Shown piece after piece: positions 38,838 through 48,202 of a stretch of DNA of 64,000 bases. Position numbers and translations under genes: made by a program. Below the pieces are notes generated by a model that ran no database searches, was not told where the DNA came from, and saw only the letters and a list, made by a program, of their open reading frames with translations. The stretch lies in assembly GCA_963841435.1 (NCBI GenBank), contig CAWJCS010000006.1:1472001-1536000 (forward strand), written 5' to 3'. Origin of the DNA: an uncultured delta proteobacterium (GTDB taxonomy: Bacteria > Myxococcota_A > Polyangia > Polyangiales > Polyangiaceae). Every line of letters starts with the position of its first letter. Position 1 is the first letter of the stretch.

Positions 38838-41228
38838 CTAAAGAAGCGCTTCGTTCTCGAGCAGCGGGTCGTCCTGGGGCGCGGGCTCCGGCGCGGCGAG
38901 CACGAGCGGGAGAACCTCGTCGATGCGGCTCACGAGGTGGATGACCACGTCGTCGCGCACCTCGGCCGGCACCTCCTCGAGGTCGACCGCGTTGCGCGCG
39001 GGGATGACCACATGGCGGATTCCGGCGCGGTGCGCCGCGAGCACCTGGTCCTTGATACCCGTGACGGGCAGCACGGCGCCGCGCAGGGTAATCTCCCCGG
39101 TCACGGCCACGTCGGGCCGGCAGGGGGCGCCGAGGAGCAGCGAGGCCACGCCGACGAAGATCGGCAGGCCGATGCTGGGCGCGTCGCGGGCCGCGCCGCC
39201 ACGAGGGGCGTGCACGTGCAGGTCGATGGCCTTGAGCCACTCCGGATCGAGACCGAGCGCCGGGGCGCGCGAGCGAACGAGCGTGACGGCCGTCTCGGCG
39301 GCCTCCTTCATGACGCTGCGCATGCTGCCCGTGATGACGATCTCGCCCTTGCCGGGCATCCGCGTGGTCTCGATGATCAAGAGATCGCCACCGCTGCCGG
39401 AGACGGACAGCCCGACGGCCACGCCGGGGCCGAGCTTGCGCTCGGCGAGCTCGGGGAGATGGCGCTCGGGGCCGAGCAGCTCGCGCACGACATCCTTCGT
39501 CACGCGGAGGCCGCGCACGGGCTGGCCCTCGGCGAGCTTGACGGTGAGGTCGCGGCACACGGCGGCGATCTCGCGCTCCAGATTGCGCACGCCGGCTTCG
39601 CGCGTGTACGAATCGATCACGAGCTCGAGCGCCTGGGTCTCGAAGCTCAGGTCGTCGCTGACGAGGCCGTGCTCCTTGAGCTGCTTGGGGACGAGGAACT
39701 GCTCGGCAATGCTGCGCTTTTCCATACGCGTGTAGCCGGGCACCTCGATGAGCTCCATGCGATCCTTGAGCGCCTCGGGGATCTGCCAGCCGTAGTTCGC
39801 CGTGGCGAGGAACATCACCTCGGACAGGTCGAACGGCAGATCGATGTAGTGATCGACGAAGCTGTCGTTCTGCTCGGGATCCAGGACCTCGAGCAGCGCC
39901 GCCGCGGGATCGCCGCGCAGATCCACGCCCAGCTTGTCGACCTCGTCGAGGACGAGCACGGGGTTCTTGCAGCCGACCTTCTTGAGCGCCTGAATCACGC
40001 GACCCGGCAGCGCGCCGACGTACGTTCGGCGGTGGCCGCGCACCTCGGCCTCGTCACGCACACCGCCGAGCGAGATGCGCCCGTAGCGGCGCCCCATGCT
40101 GCGCGCGATCGACCGCCCGAGCGAGGTCTTCCCCACCCCCGGGGGGCCGACGAAAAGCAGGATCGGGCCCTTTTTGTCGCGCCGAAGCTGCCGGATCGCG
40201 GAAAACTCGACGATGCGCCGCTTGACGCGCTCGAGCCCGAAATGGTCCTCGTCGAGGCAGCGCCTCACGTCCTTCACGTCGAGCCGGTCCGGCGTCGTCC
40301 GGTTCCACGGCAGGTCGGCGAGCCACTCCACGTAGGTCCGCGTGACCTGGTACTCGGCCGACTGCTGCTGCATGCCCGAGAGCCGCCCGAGCTGCTTCTT
40401 CGCGGCGCGCTCGGCCTCACGAGGCAGCTCGGCACGAGCGATGCGCTCCCTGAGCTGCTCGATCTCGTCGTCGTCGCCCCCTTCGCCGAGCTCCTCGCGA
40501 ATGCTCTTCATCTGCTGGCGCAGCACGTACTCCCGCTGCGACCGGCTCATTTCGCTCTGCACGACGTTCGAGATGCGGTCCTTGACCTTGAGCACCTCGA
40601 GCTGCCGCTCCACCATGGCGAGCACGAGGCCCACGCGGTGGCGGACGTCGAAAGCCTCGAGGATGCTCTGCCGCACCGTGATCGGGGCATGCTCCTCGGG
40701 AAAGTTCGACGCGATGAGGTCAGCGAGCGCGCCGGGCTCGCGCACGTTATCCAGGATGCTCGCCGTCTCCTTGGGAAGATTCGGCATCAGCGACAGGACC
40801 TCGCGCGTTTGCTCCCGCAGGCGCTGTCCGAGCGCGCTCGTCGCCTCGGGCGGCGACGAGAGCTCCTGAATTCGCTCCACCTCCGCGCGCATGTACGGCT
40901 CGAGACCGTGAGGCGCGAGCAAGCGGAAGCGGCCGAGGCCGTTCAAGACGACGCTGTAGTTCGATGGCCCGAGCCGGATGACCTTCACGACGCGCGCCAG
41001 CGTGCCGACCTCGTACAAGTCCTCGAAAATGGGCTCGACGGTGTCGGCGTTGCGCTGCGTCAGCACGCCCACGAGCGCGCGGTCGGTCGCGCCGAGGTCC
41101 TCCACGAGCCGTACGGAGCGCGGCCGCCCGACGTTGATCGGGACGACCGACATGGGAAAGAGCACCGAGTTGCGGAGCGGAAGGATCGCAATGCGCTCCG
41201 GGCGACTGGTCCGGTCGGTCGCGCGCAT
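38838..41228 (-). CDS. lon: Lon protease (endopeptidase La) family; degenerate protease site
   Basis: LPLRNSVLFP N-domain, GPPGVGKTS, GHRRTYVGALPG, LDEVDK, RGDPAAALLEVLDPEQN, YTREAGVR, TGEITLRG. Confidence 0.93.
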   Translation of the reverse strand: MRATDRTSRPERIAILPLRNSVLFPMSVVPINVGRPRSVRLVEDLGATDRALVGVLTQRNADTVEPIFEDLYEVGTLARVVKVIRLGPSNYSVVLNGLGRFRLLAPHGLEPYMRAEVERIQELSSPPEATSALGQRLREQTREVLSLMPNLPKETASILDNVREPGALADLIASNFPEEHAPITVRQSILEAFDVRHRVGLVLAMVERQLEVLKVKDRISNVVQSEMSRSQREYVLRQQMKSIREELGEGGDDDEIEQLRERIARAELPREAERAAKKQLGRLSGMQQQSAEYQVTRTYVEWLADLPWNRTTPDRLDVKDVRRCLDEDHFGLERVKRRIVEFSAIRQLRRDKKGPILLFVGPPGVGKTSLGRSIARSMGRRYGRISLGGVRDEAEVRGHRRTYVGALPGRVIQALKKVGCKNPVLVLDEVDKLGVDLRGDPAAALLEVLDPEQNDSFVDHYIDLPFDLSEVMFLATANYGWQIPEALKDRMELIEVPGYTRMEKRSIAEQFLVPKQLKEHGLVSDDLSFETQALELVIDSYTREAGVRNLEREIAAVCRDLTVKLAEGQPVRGLRVTKDVVRELLGPERHLPELAERKLGPGVAVGLSVSGSGGDLLIIETTRMPGKGEIVITGSMRSVMKEAAETAVTLVRSRAPALGLDPEWLKAIDLHVHAPRGGAARDAPSIGLPIFVGVASLLLGAPCRPDVAVTGEITLRGAVLPVTGIKDQVLAAHRAGIRHVVIPARNAVDLEEVPAEVRDDVVIHLVSRIDEVLPLVLAAPEPAPQDDPLLENEALL

Positions 41229-41344
41229 ATATCGACAGTAGTACGGTGGGGGGGAGCGTCCAGCAATCCCGGTCGAGGTTTCTTGCCGAATGGCGCCTGC
41301 GCGATTGTCGCGAGTCGGGGCGCTCTGTGCTAACCCGCGGGATC

Positions 41345-42007
41345 ATGACGTTTCGGGCGGCCTCGGCGGCCTTCCTGCTGACGGCCGCCTGCGCCTCAGG
41401 GGCGGCCGACAAGAGTCCGCAGGGCGCACTCGACGCCTACTCCCAAGCGCTAGCCGAGGGCCGCTCGCGAGATGCCTACGCCCTCTTGAGCGCCGAGGCG
41501 AAAAAAGACATACCTTACGATAGCTTCCAGCGCATACTTCGCGAGAATCCAGAAGAAATTCGGCAGCTCAGCCGGTCGCTCCGCCAACGCTCGGCGCCGC
41601 CGCGAGTCACGGCCGTCGTCACCGCCCCGGGCGGCGAATCGCTCCTTCTGGTTCTGGAGGACGGCGCCTGGCGGGTCGACGGGTCGGCGATCGACCTGTA
41701 CGGCCAAGCCACCCCGAAGGAGGCCTTGCGCGCCTTCGTCCGGGCCTTCAGGAACCGCCGCTATGACGTGCTGCTCCGCTTCGTTCCGGACGCCGAGCGC
41801 GAGGGGCTGGGGGTCGAGGAGCTCAAGCGCGCCTGGGAGGGCGAGGAAAAGAAGGAGCTCGACGCGCTCGTCGCGGGCGTCGAGGCAGGCCTGGGAACCG
41901 AAAAGCTCGAGGTCACCGGTGACCGCGCCACCATGGCGTTCGGGGCGGGCGGTACCGTCGAGCTCGTCAGGGAACGCGGCGTTTGGAAGGTCGAGGACCT
42001 TCGCTGA
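41345..42007 (+). CDS. Lipoprotein with two tandem NTF2-like small domains
   Basis: Lipobox LTAAC; duplicated SP/TP...L(V/E)...G(A/V)W(R/K)V(D/E) pattern. Confidence 0.6.
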   Translation: MTFRAASAAFLLTAACASGAADKSPQGALDAYSQALAEGRSRDAYALLSAEAKKDIPYDSFQRILRENPEEIRQLSRSLRQRSAPPRVTAVVTAPGGESLLLVLEDGAWRVDGSAIDLYGQATPKEALRAFVRAFRNRRYDVLLRFVPDAEREGLGVEELKRAWEGEEKKELDALVAGVEAGLGTEKLEVTGDRATMAFGAGGTVELVRERGVWKVEDLR

Positions 42008-42015
42008 GAGGACGC

Positions 42016-42609
42016 ATGGCACGCACGGCAAACGTGGAGCGCAAAACGCGGGAGACCAGCATCCAGGTCTCGGTCGATCTCGACGGCAGCGGGCGCGCGA
42101 CCATCGAGACACCCCTACCCTTTCTTTCGCACATGCTCGAGCAGATCGCCCGGCACGGCGGTTTCGACCTCGAGGTGCGCGCGCAGGGCGACACGGACAT
42201 CGACGGCCACCACACGACCGAAGACATCGGCATCGTGCTCGGCAAGGCGTTCCTGGACGCGCTCGGCGACCGGCGCGGCATCACGCGCTACGGCTCGGCC
42301 ACGCTGCCCATGGACGAGGCGCTCGTCACCTGCGCCCTGGATCTTTCGGGGCGACCCTTCTTCGTTTTTCGCGTGCCGCTGCCGAAGGCAAAGCTCGGCA
42401 ATTGGGACGTGGAGCTCGCCGAGGTGTTCTTCGAGGCCTTTGCGCGTACGGCGCAGGCGAACCTCCATCTCCGGCTCCTGGAAGGCTCGAACCTCCACCA
42501 CATCGTCGAGGTGTCGTTCAAGGCGTTTGCGCGCGCCCTGCGCGAGGCCGTGAGCATCGATCCGCGCGCGGCGAGCGAGGTTCCCTCGACGAAAGGCAGC
42601 CTGGATTGA
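42016..42609 (+). CDS. hisB: Imidazoleglycerol-phosphate dehydratase
   Basis: RKTRET, FLSHML, DGHHTTED, PMDE, DLSGR, NLHHIVE, PSTKG. Confidence 0.96.
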   Translation: MARTANVERKTRETSIQVSVDLDGSGRATIETPLPFLSHMLEQIARHGGFDLEVRAQGDTDIDGHHTTEDIGIVLGKAFLDALGDRRGITRYGSATLPMDEALVTCALDLSGRPFFVFRVPLPKAKLGNWDVELAEVFFEAFARTAQANLHLRLLEGSNLHHIVEVSFKAFARALREAVSIDPRAASEVPSTKGSLD

Positions 42610-43229
42610 TCACGGCCGCTCTCGTCGATACCGGGCTCGGCAACCTACGCTCCGTCCAGAAGGCGCTCGAAGCCGCCGGAGACGGCGTACGCGTCGTGCG
42701 CACGCGCGATCCGGACGCGGTGCGCCGCGCCGATCGCGTGGTCGTCCCCGGTCAGGGCGGGTTCGGGCGCTGCGCCGAGGCGCTCGCCAACGGCCTCGGT
42801 GACGCGCTGACCGAGTCGAGGGCGCGCGGTGTGCCCTACCTCGGGATCTGCCTCGGGCTACAGATCCTCTTCGAGGGCAGCGAGGAGGCCCCCGGGGTCA
42901 AAGGGCTTGGCTGGTTTCGCGGCACGGTGCAAAAGCTCGTTGGGGCGCCCGGCATCAAGATCCCGCACATGGGCTGGAATGCGCTCAACCTGCGTGGGGG
43001 CGGGCACGAAGTCCTCGGGGCTGCTGGCGGAGAAGGCGCCTGGGTGTACTTCGTCCACTCCTTCCACGCGGTCACCGACGAGCCGGGGCTCGTCCGCAGT
43101 GTCGTCGCGTACGGCCCGAACCAGGTGACGGCGGCCGTCGCCAGGGACAACGTCGTTGCCACCCAATTTCACCCAGAGAAGAGCCAGGCCGCGGGCCTTG
43201 CGCTCCTCGGCCGCTTCTTGCAAGGCTAG
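42606..43229 (+). CDS. hisH: Imidazole glycerol phosphate synthase glutaminase subunit
   Basis: GNLRSV, PGQG, LGICLGLQ, PHMGWN, YFVHS, QFHPEKS. Confidence 0.95.
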   Translation: MITAALVDTGLGNLRSVQKALEAAGDGVRVVRTRDPDAVRRADRVVVPGQGGFGRCAEALANGLGDALTESRARGVPYLGICLGLQILFEGSEEAPGVKGLGWFRGTVQKLVGAPGIKIPHMGWNALNLRGGGHEVLGAAGGEGAWVYFVHSFHAVTDEPGLVRSVVAYGPNQVTAAVARDNVVATQFHPEKSQAAGLALLGRFLQG

Positions 43230-43239
43230 GGTTCACCCG

Positions 43240-43971
43240 ATGGACGTGATCCCCGCGGTGGACATCCTGGGCGGCAAGGCCGTGCGCCTGCGCCAGGGCC
43301 GCTACGAGGACGTCACGGTTTACGACGATCACCCCGAGGTGGTGGCCGCCGAGTGGAGCGGGCGCGTACGGCGCGTGCACGTCGTCGATCTGGACGGCGC
43401 CAAGGCGGGGCGACCCGTGCAGCGCATCCTGGTGCGCAGGGTCGTCGCGGCGTTCGGCGCCGGCGTCCAGGTCGGCGGCGGTGTTCGCTCGATGGCCGCC
43501 GTGGACGCCTACTTCGATCTCGGCGTCGAGCGCGTCGTGATCGGCACCGCGGCCATCCGTGATCCGGAGCTCGTGCACGCCGCGGCCGCAGCCTATCCGG
43601 GACGCCTGATCGTCGCCGTCGACGCGCGGGAGGGCAACGTGGCAACCGACGGCTGGACCGATCAGTCGACGCGCCGCGCCATCGACGTCGTGCGCGAGCT
43701 CGGCCAGCTCGGCCTCGCGGCCGTGCTCTACACCGACATCGATCGTGACGGCACGGAGGTCGGACCGAACGTGGAGGCCACGGCGGCGCTCGCGCGCGAC
43801 GGCGGCGTGCCCGTGATCGCGAGCGGGGGCGTCGGGAAGGTCGCCCACATCGAGGCGCTTGCGGCGGCCGGGCCCGGGATCGTCGGTGCCATCGTCGGCC
43901 GGGCGTTGCACGAGAAGCGCTTCAGCCTCGAGGAAGCCATCGCCGCGACCCGCCCCGGCCGGGGCGGCTGA
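43240..43971 (+). CDS. hisA: ProFAR isomerase
   Basis: IPAVD, VRLRQG, HVVDLDGA, QVGGGVR, YTDIDRDGT, IASGG, GRAL. Confidence 0.95.
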   Translation: MDVIPAVDILGGKAVRLRQGRYEDVTVYDDHPEVVAAEWSGRVRRVHVVDLDGAKAGRPVQRILVRRVVAAFGAGVQVGGGVRSMAAVDAYFDLGVERVVIGTAAIRDPELVHAAAAAYPGRLIVAVDAREGNVATDGWTDQSTRRAIDVVRELGQLGLAAVLYTDIDRDGTEVGPNVEATAALARDGGVPVIASGGVGKVAHIEALAAAGPGIVGAIVGRALHEKRFSLEEAIAATRPGRGG

Positions 43972-45512
43972 TGGTCGACAGCGGTGACCGCGACCCGAGC
44001 GACGCGCTCAAGCGTGCCTCGGTGTTCCCGGCTCGCGCGGCACCGACGACGCTCGCCCCACCCGAGTCCGAGCGCGAACCGACCCCATCGAGCAATTTCG
44101 GCGGCGAGGACTTTCTCTTCCACCTGTATCGGGGCAGCGAGCTCTTGCAGGACAACTGCGTCGAGCAGGCCAAGGAAGAGCTCGAGCGAGCGCTCCGCCT
44201 GCAGCCACGCGACGCCTCGGGACAGGGACTGCTCGGCGTCGTCTACTTCCGGCTCGGCCTGTACCCACGCGCGATCGTCATCTACGAGGAGCTCATCCGG
44301 ACCTTCCCCGGTGAGGTCACCCCCAAGGTCAATCTCGCTCTTTGCTACCTGAAGACCGGCCAGGCGGGGCTCGCGCGCGACGCGCTCGAGGACGTGATCG
44401 CGCGGGAGCCCGAGCACCGGCGTGCGTGGGGCTACTACGGCCTCGCGCTCGAGCGCCTGGGCGACTACGAAAAGGCGCAAAACGCGTTCGAGCGCGCCGG
44501 CCAGCCACAGCTCGCCCGGCGCATGCTCGGACTGGTGGAGGCCGCCGAGGCCGCTGCCGCGCCGGAGGAGGCCCAGAGCCAGCACGACGAGGTGCGGCGG
44601 GCCGCCGCCGACGCGGTGCTGGAGCTCGATGTCGGTGACGAAGGGGCGTTCGTGTCGCTGCAGCAAGAGCCCCCCGGCCTCCAGCCGATCCGCGGTAGTC
44701 GCTGGCGAGCCGTCGAGCCCGGCGAGGAGCCGGTGCCGCCCCCGGCGCATCGGATGCGTCCCTCGTCAGGGACCCAGCGGCTCGCCCTGCCCAGCGAGCC
44801 GCCGGACTTCGCCCCGCTCTCGCTCCGCCATGGACCGAGCCTCCCGGCCCCGGCGAGCACGGTGCCGGCGGGCACACCTTCGGCGTTCGTGGCGTCCGTC
44901 GCGGTCGCCGCGCCCGATGCGCACGAGCGCTACGTCGTCGAGGGCACGCTCGCGCTCGTGCGCGTGGAGGTGGGGTTCCTCGTGCGCAACGACGCGCTCC
45001 GAGCCGTCCAGGCGGACGCGAGCAGCTTTCGCTCGGGCGCGGTCCGCCGCCGTGCGCGTGGTCGCGAAACCGACGAGCCGTTCGGCGGTCCGAGCGCGCC
45101 TTGGTCCCTCCTGGAAGGAGGCGGTCTCGTCATGCTGGCTGCGGCCGCGGGTCGGGCGCTTTCGGTCATCGAGCTGGGCGGGGAGTTCATCTACCTGCGC
45201 GAGGGGCGCCTGCTCGGCTTCGATCTCGGGGTTCGCTACGAAAACGGGCGCCTCCCCGCTCCACCCCAGGAGCCGGCACCGATCGTGATCGTTCAGCTTT
45301 CGGGTAGCGGCATCGCGCTCATCGAGAGCGAGCGCCCCCTCAGGGCCGTAGACGTGCCCGCCGATCGCAAGCTCGTCGTGCGTAGCGAGTCCGTGGCAGG
45401 CTGGACCGGTCGCATGCTCGCGCAGCCGCTGACCCCCGAGCTTTCACCAACGCACGGGCACGGCTTCGTGTCGTTCGCCGGCGAGGGCGCCGTGCTCCTG
45501 GACGACGCATGA
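43971..45512 (+). CDS. TPR protein with Pro-rich linker and C-terminal AIM24/DUF124-like domain
   Basis: N-terminal TPRs (LGVVYFRLGLY, NLALCYLKTG); C-terminal IYLRE..LLGFD, VQLSGSG, FAGEGAVL. Confidence 0.55.
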   Translation: MVDSGDRDPSDALKRASVFPARAAPTTLAPPESEREPTPSSNFGGEDFLFHLYRGSELLQDNCVEQAKEELERALRLQPRDASGQGLLGVVYFRLGLYPRAIVIYEELIRTFPGEVTPKVNLALCYLKTGQAGLARDALEDVIAREPEHRRAWGYYGLALERLGDYEKAQNAFERAGQPQLARRMLGLVEAAEAAAAPEEAQSQHDEVRRAAADAVLELDVGDEGAFVSLQQEPPGLQPIRGSRWRAVEPGEEPVPPPAHRMRPSSGTQRLALPSEPPDFAPLSLRHGPSLPAPASTVPAGTPSAFVASVAVAAPDAHERYVVEGTLALVRVEVGFLVRNDALRAVQADASSFRSGAVRRRARGRETDEPFGGPSAPWSLLEGGGLVMLAAAAGRALSVIELGGEFIYLREGRLLGFDLGVRYENGRLPAPPQEPAPIVIVQLSGSGIALIESERPLRAVDVPADRKLVVRSESVAGWTGRMLAQPLTPELSPTHGHGFVSFAGEGAVLLDDA

Positions 45513-46204
45513 CGACCATCCCGCCCAGCTCCGCGCGCCCCTCGAGGCCGAAGCGGCGACCGCGGCCGAGCTCGGGCGAACGGCGCCGGCGACGACGCAC
45601 GCTGCGACAGGATGCGCTCAACGTGCCCAACCTGCTCACGTTCGGTCGCATCCTCGCCATCCCGCTCGTCTTGACCCTACTCGGCCGCGGCACGCCGGAG
45701 GACTGCCTCATCGCGGCGCTCGTCTATTCGGCCGCGGCGCTCACGGATCTCGTCGACGGCTGGCTCGCGCGCCGCATGCGCGTCGTGAGCGTGCTCGGCA
45801 AATTCCTCGATCCACTCGCCGACAAGCTCCTCGTGATGGCGGTGCTCGTCTACATGGTGCCGATGGGCCGCATCCCCGAATGGGCCGTGGTGCTGCTCCT
45901 CGCGCGCGAGATCTCCGTGACGGGCCTGCGCAGCATCGCGAGCAGCGAGGGCGTCGTGATCGCCGCGGGCGAAGAGGGAAAGAGCAAGACTGCCCTGCAG
46001 ATGGTGGGCATCCTGTGCCTCTTGCTCGGCTATCCCTACCATCTGACGCTCGGCCCGCTCGACCTCGGGGTCGTTGACCTGGTCGTGGTCGGACGGGCGC
46101 TCATCTACGTGTCCTTGGTGTTCTCGGTCGTGAGCGCCGCGTCGTACCTGAGCCTCTTCGCAGAAGCCGTCGATGCCAAGAACCGGCGCGAGAGCTCGGG
46201 CTGA
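45509..46204 (+). CDS. pgsA: CDP-diacylglycerol--glycerol-3-phosphate 3-phosphatidyltransferase
   Basis: NVPNLLT..R, TDLVDGWLAR...GKFLDPLADK, REISVTGLR, GKSKTALQM. Confidence 0.93.
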   Translation: MTTIPPSSARPSRPKRRPRPSSGERRRRRRTLRQDALNVPNLLTFGRILAIPLVLTLLGRGTPEDCLIAALVYSAAALTDLVDGWLARRMRVVSVLGKFLDPLADKLLVMAVLVYMVPMGRIPEWAVVLLLAREISVTGLRSIASSEGVVIAAGEEGKSKTALQMVGILCLLLGYPYHLTLGPLDLGVVDLVVVGRALIYVSLVFSVVSAASYLSLFAEAVDAKNRRESSG

Positions 46205-46290
46205 CGGCGCGGCCCGGCGCCCCGAGGCAAAGGGCGCCAAAGCCCCGGGGTTGGCACACTCGGCGGTCGGCGTGTTAGAAGCTCCGCGCC

Positions 46291-46689
46291 ATGAGAATCC
46301 GGAAGGTCGCCCGCGCCGCAGCTCGTCTGCTGTTCCTTGCGCTCGCCGTCGCGAGCGTTTCCGAGGGCTGTTCCCGCCAAGGCGAAGGCGAGCGCTGCGA
46401 CAGCGAAGCGAACGGCGATCTGGACTGCGACAGCGGCCTCGTCTGCAAGCGCTGCGGCGACTTGCAGGAGCGCGTCGTCGATCGTTGTTGCCCGCCTGGA
46501 TCGGCGTACAAAGATTCGCGCTGCGAGCCGGCAGCGACCCCGGGCCAGTGCCTCACGCAGCCCGGAACCGGCGGGTCCGGGTCCGGCGGCACCTCGGGCG
46601 TTGGGGGCACCTCGGGCGTTGGGGGCACCTCGGGCGTTGGGGGCACCTCACCGGGCGGCGACGGTGAGGCGGGTGGGGGCGGCGTCTAG
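46291..46689 (+). CDS. Small Cys-rich lipoprotein with Gly-rich tail
   Basis: Signal peptide ending EGC; GERC...DCDSGLVC...CCP; GGTSGV repeats. Confidence 0.65.
   Translation: MRIRKVARAAARLLFLALAVASVSEGCSRQGEGERCDSEANGDLDCDSGLVCKRCGDLQERVVDRCCPPGSAYKDSRCEPAATPGQCLTQPGTGGSGSGGTSGVGGTSGVGGTSGVGGTSPGGDGEAGGGGV
46588..46649 (+). repeat. 18-bp coding tandem repeat, about 3.4 copies
   Basis: GGCACCTCGGGCGTTGGG starting at 46588, 46606, 46624 and partially at 46642. Confidence 0.9.
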
Positions 46690-46692
46690 CCC

Positions 46693-46947
46693 ATGTCGCT
46701 TTCCGAGCTGACCGAGCTTGCGCAGTCGGCGCTCCTGCTCTCGATCATGCTCACCCTGCCCGTGGTCGGCGTCGCCGCGCTCGTCGGGCTCGTCGTCGCC
46801 GCCCTGCAGGCCGCGACGCAGCTGCAGGACTCGACGCTCGCCCACCTGCCAAGGCTGATCGCCGTGGCCCTCGCGCTCGTCGTCGCGGGACCTTGGATGG
46901 GCTCCACGCTGGTCGGCTTCGCGCTCGAAGCCTTCACGCGGCGCTAA
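46693..46947 (+). CDS. FliQ/SctS (EscS/YscS) family export-gate protein
   Basis: 84 aa, hydrophobic; VGLVVAALQAATQLQDSTLAHLPRL...GPWM matches the family Q-x-x-T-Q-x-Q-(D/E)-x-T-L pattern. Confidence 0.85.
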   Translation: MSLSELTELAQSALLLSIMLTLPVVGVAALVGLVVAALQAATQLQDSTLAHLPRLIAVALALVVAGPWMGSTLVGFALEAFTRR

Positions 46948-46951
46948 CGGC

Positions 46952-48160
46952 ATGGCGCGGCGAGCCGCGCCCGTGCTCGCCCCGAGCGATCTCGGTGGCC
47001 GCGGTCCTTCGCTCGTGCGCGTCGGCGGCCGCGTCGTGGACGGCGGCGCCGGCTGGCTCGAGCTCGCCGACGCCGTGCGCAGCGTGCGCGTCCTCGGCTC
47101 CGGGCTCGAGGCCACCCCGGGAGACCTGGTCGTCGTCGCGGGTCGGTTTCATCGCGGCGCCGTCGCGGGTGCGCGCGTCGTCGAGCGCCACCCGTGCCCC
47201 GAGCCGCGTGGCGACGGCGAGTTCGCGCGCCTCGCGTTCGAGGGCGTGGGGGCAAGGCTCGCGTCGCGCGGCGCGGTGCTCCGCGCCTTGCGCGCGCACC
47301 TGCAGGCCGAAGGATTCGTCGAGATCGAATCGCCCTTGCGCGTGTCGGCACCCGGCGTCGATGCCCACGTCGACGCGCTGCGCGCCGAGGGCGGCTACCT
47401 CGTCACCTCGCCCGAGCTGTCTCTCAAGCGCCTGCTCGTGGGGGGCTTACCGCGCATCTTCCAGCTCTCGCGCGTGTTTCGCGCCGACGAACTCGGGCCC
47501 CTGCACGAGCCCGAGTTCACGTTGCTCGAGTGGTATCGAGCCTTCGCCGGCGTCGAAGCCGTGCTCCGTGACACGGAAGAGCTCGTGTCACGCGCGGCAC
47601 GAGCCGTGCGCGGCCGCGCCGAGCTCGTCTTGCCGGGCGGGCGCACGCTCGATGCCAAACCGCCCTTCGCGCGCCTCACCGTGCAGGAGGCCTTTCGACG
47701 CTTCGCGAAGATTCGAGACGCCGTCGACCTCGCGGCGAGCGACGAGAACCGCTTCTTCGAGCTGCTCGTCGGTCGCGTCGAGCCGGCGCTCGCGAAGCTC
47801 GACCGCCCTGTGTTCCTCACCGACTACCCGATCACGCAGGCCGCGCTCGCGCGCCCCGCACCCGGCCGCCCCGAGGTGGCCGAGCGTTTCGAGCTCTACG
47901 TGGGAGGCGTCGAGCTTTCGAACGGTTACGGGGAGCTCACCGATCCCGCCGAGCAGGCGCGCCGTTTCGCCGCGGAGCGGGCGCGTCGCCGCCGCGAGGG
48001 GCGACGCGTGTACCCCACGAATCGGCGCTTTCTCGCGGCGCTCGCCGAGGGGATGCCGCCTTCGGGGGGCAACGCGCTCGGCGTGGATCGCCTGGTTCTT
48101 CTGTGCACGGGGGCGGCGAGCATCGCCGACGTGACGGCCTTTCCGTGGTCGCGCGGCTAG
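46952..48160 (+). CDS. epmA: EF-P lysine aminoacylase (GenX/PoxA) with N-terminal extension
   Basis: TSPELSLKRLL, FRADELGPLHEPEFTLLEWYR, DYP..QAALA, ERFELY..GVELSNGYGELTD, GNALGVDRL. Confidence 0.88.
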   Translation: MARRAAPVLAPSDLGGRGPSLVRVGGRVVDGGAGWLELADAVRSVRVLGSGLEATPGDLVVVAGRFHRGAVAGARVVERHPCPEPRGDGEFARLAFEGVGARLASRGAVLRALRAHLQAEGFVEIESPLRVSAPGVDAHVDALRAEGGYLVTSPELSLKRLLVGGLPRIFQLSRVFRADELGPLHEPEFTLLEWYRAFAGVEAVLRDTEELVSRAARAVRGRAELVLPGGRTLDAKPPFARLTVQEAFRRFAKIRDAVDLAASDENRFFELLVGRVEPALAKLDRPVFLTDYPITQAALARPAPGRPEVAERFELYVGGVELSNGYGELTDPAEQARRFAAERARRRREGRRVYPTNRRFLAALAEGMPPSGGNALGVDRLVLLCTGAASIADVTAFPWSRG

Positions 48161-48202
48161 CGTGCTGCGGGCTCTGGGCAGCGCCTCCGCAGGCGTCGAG
48201 TG

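Noticed and set aside
38937-41333. 798-aa + strand ORF opposite lon and similar long overlapping ORFs
   Set aside because: Typical high-GC antisense shadows with no protein motifs
42016-43971. hisF missing after hisBHA
   Set aside because: Split his clusters are common; hisF is probably elsewhere in the genome
46251-46270. TGGCAC as a sigma54 promoter
   Set aside because: No TTGC -12 element at the required spacing
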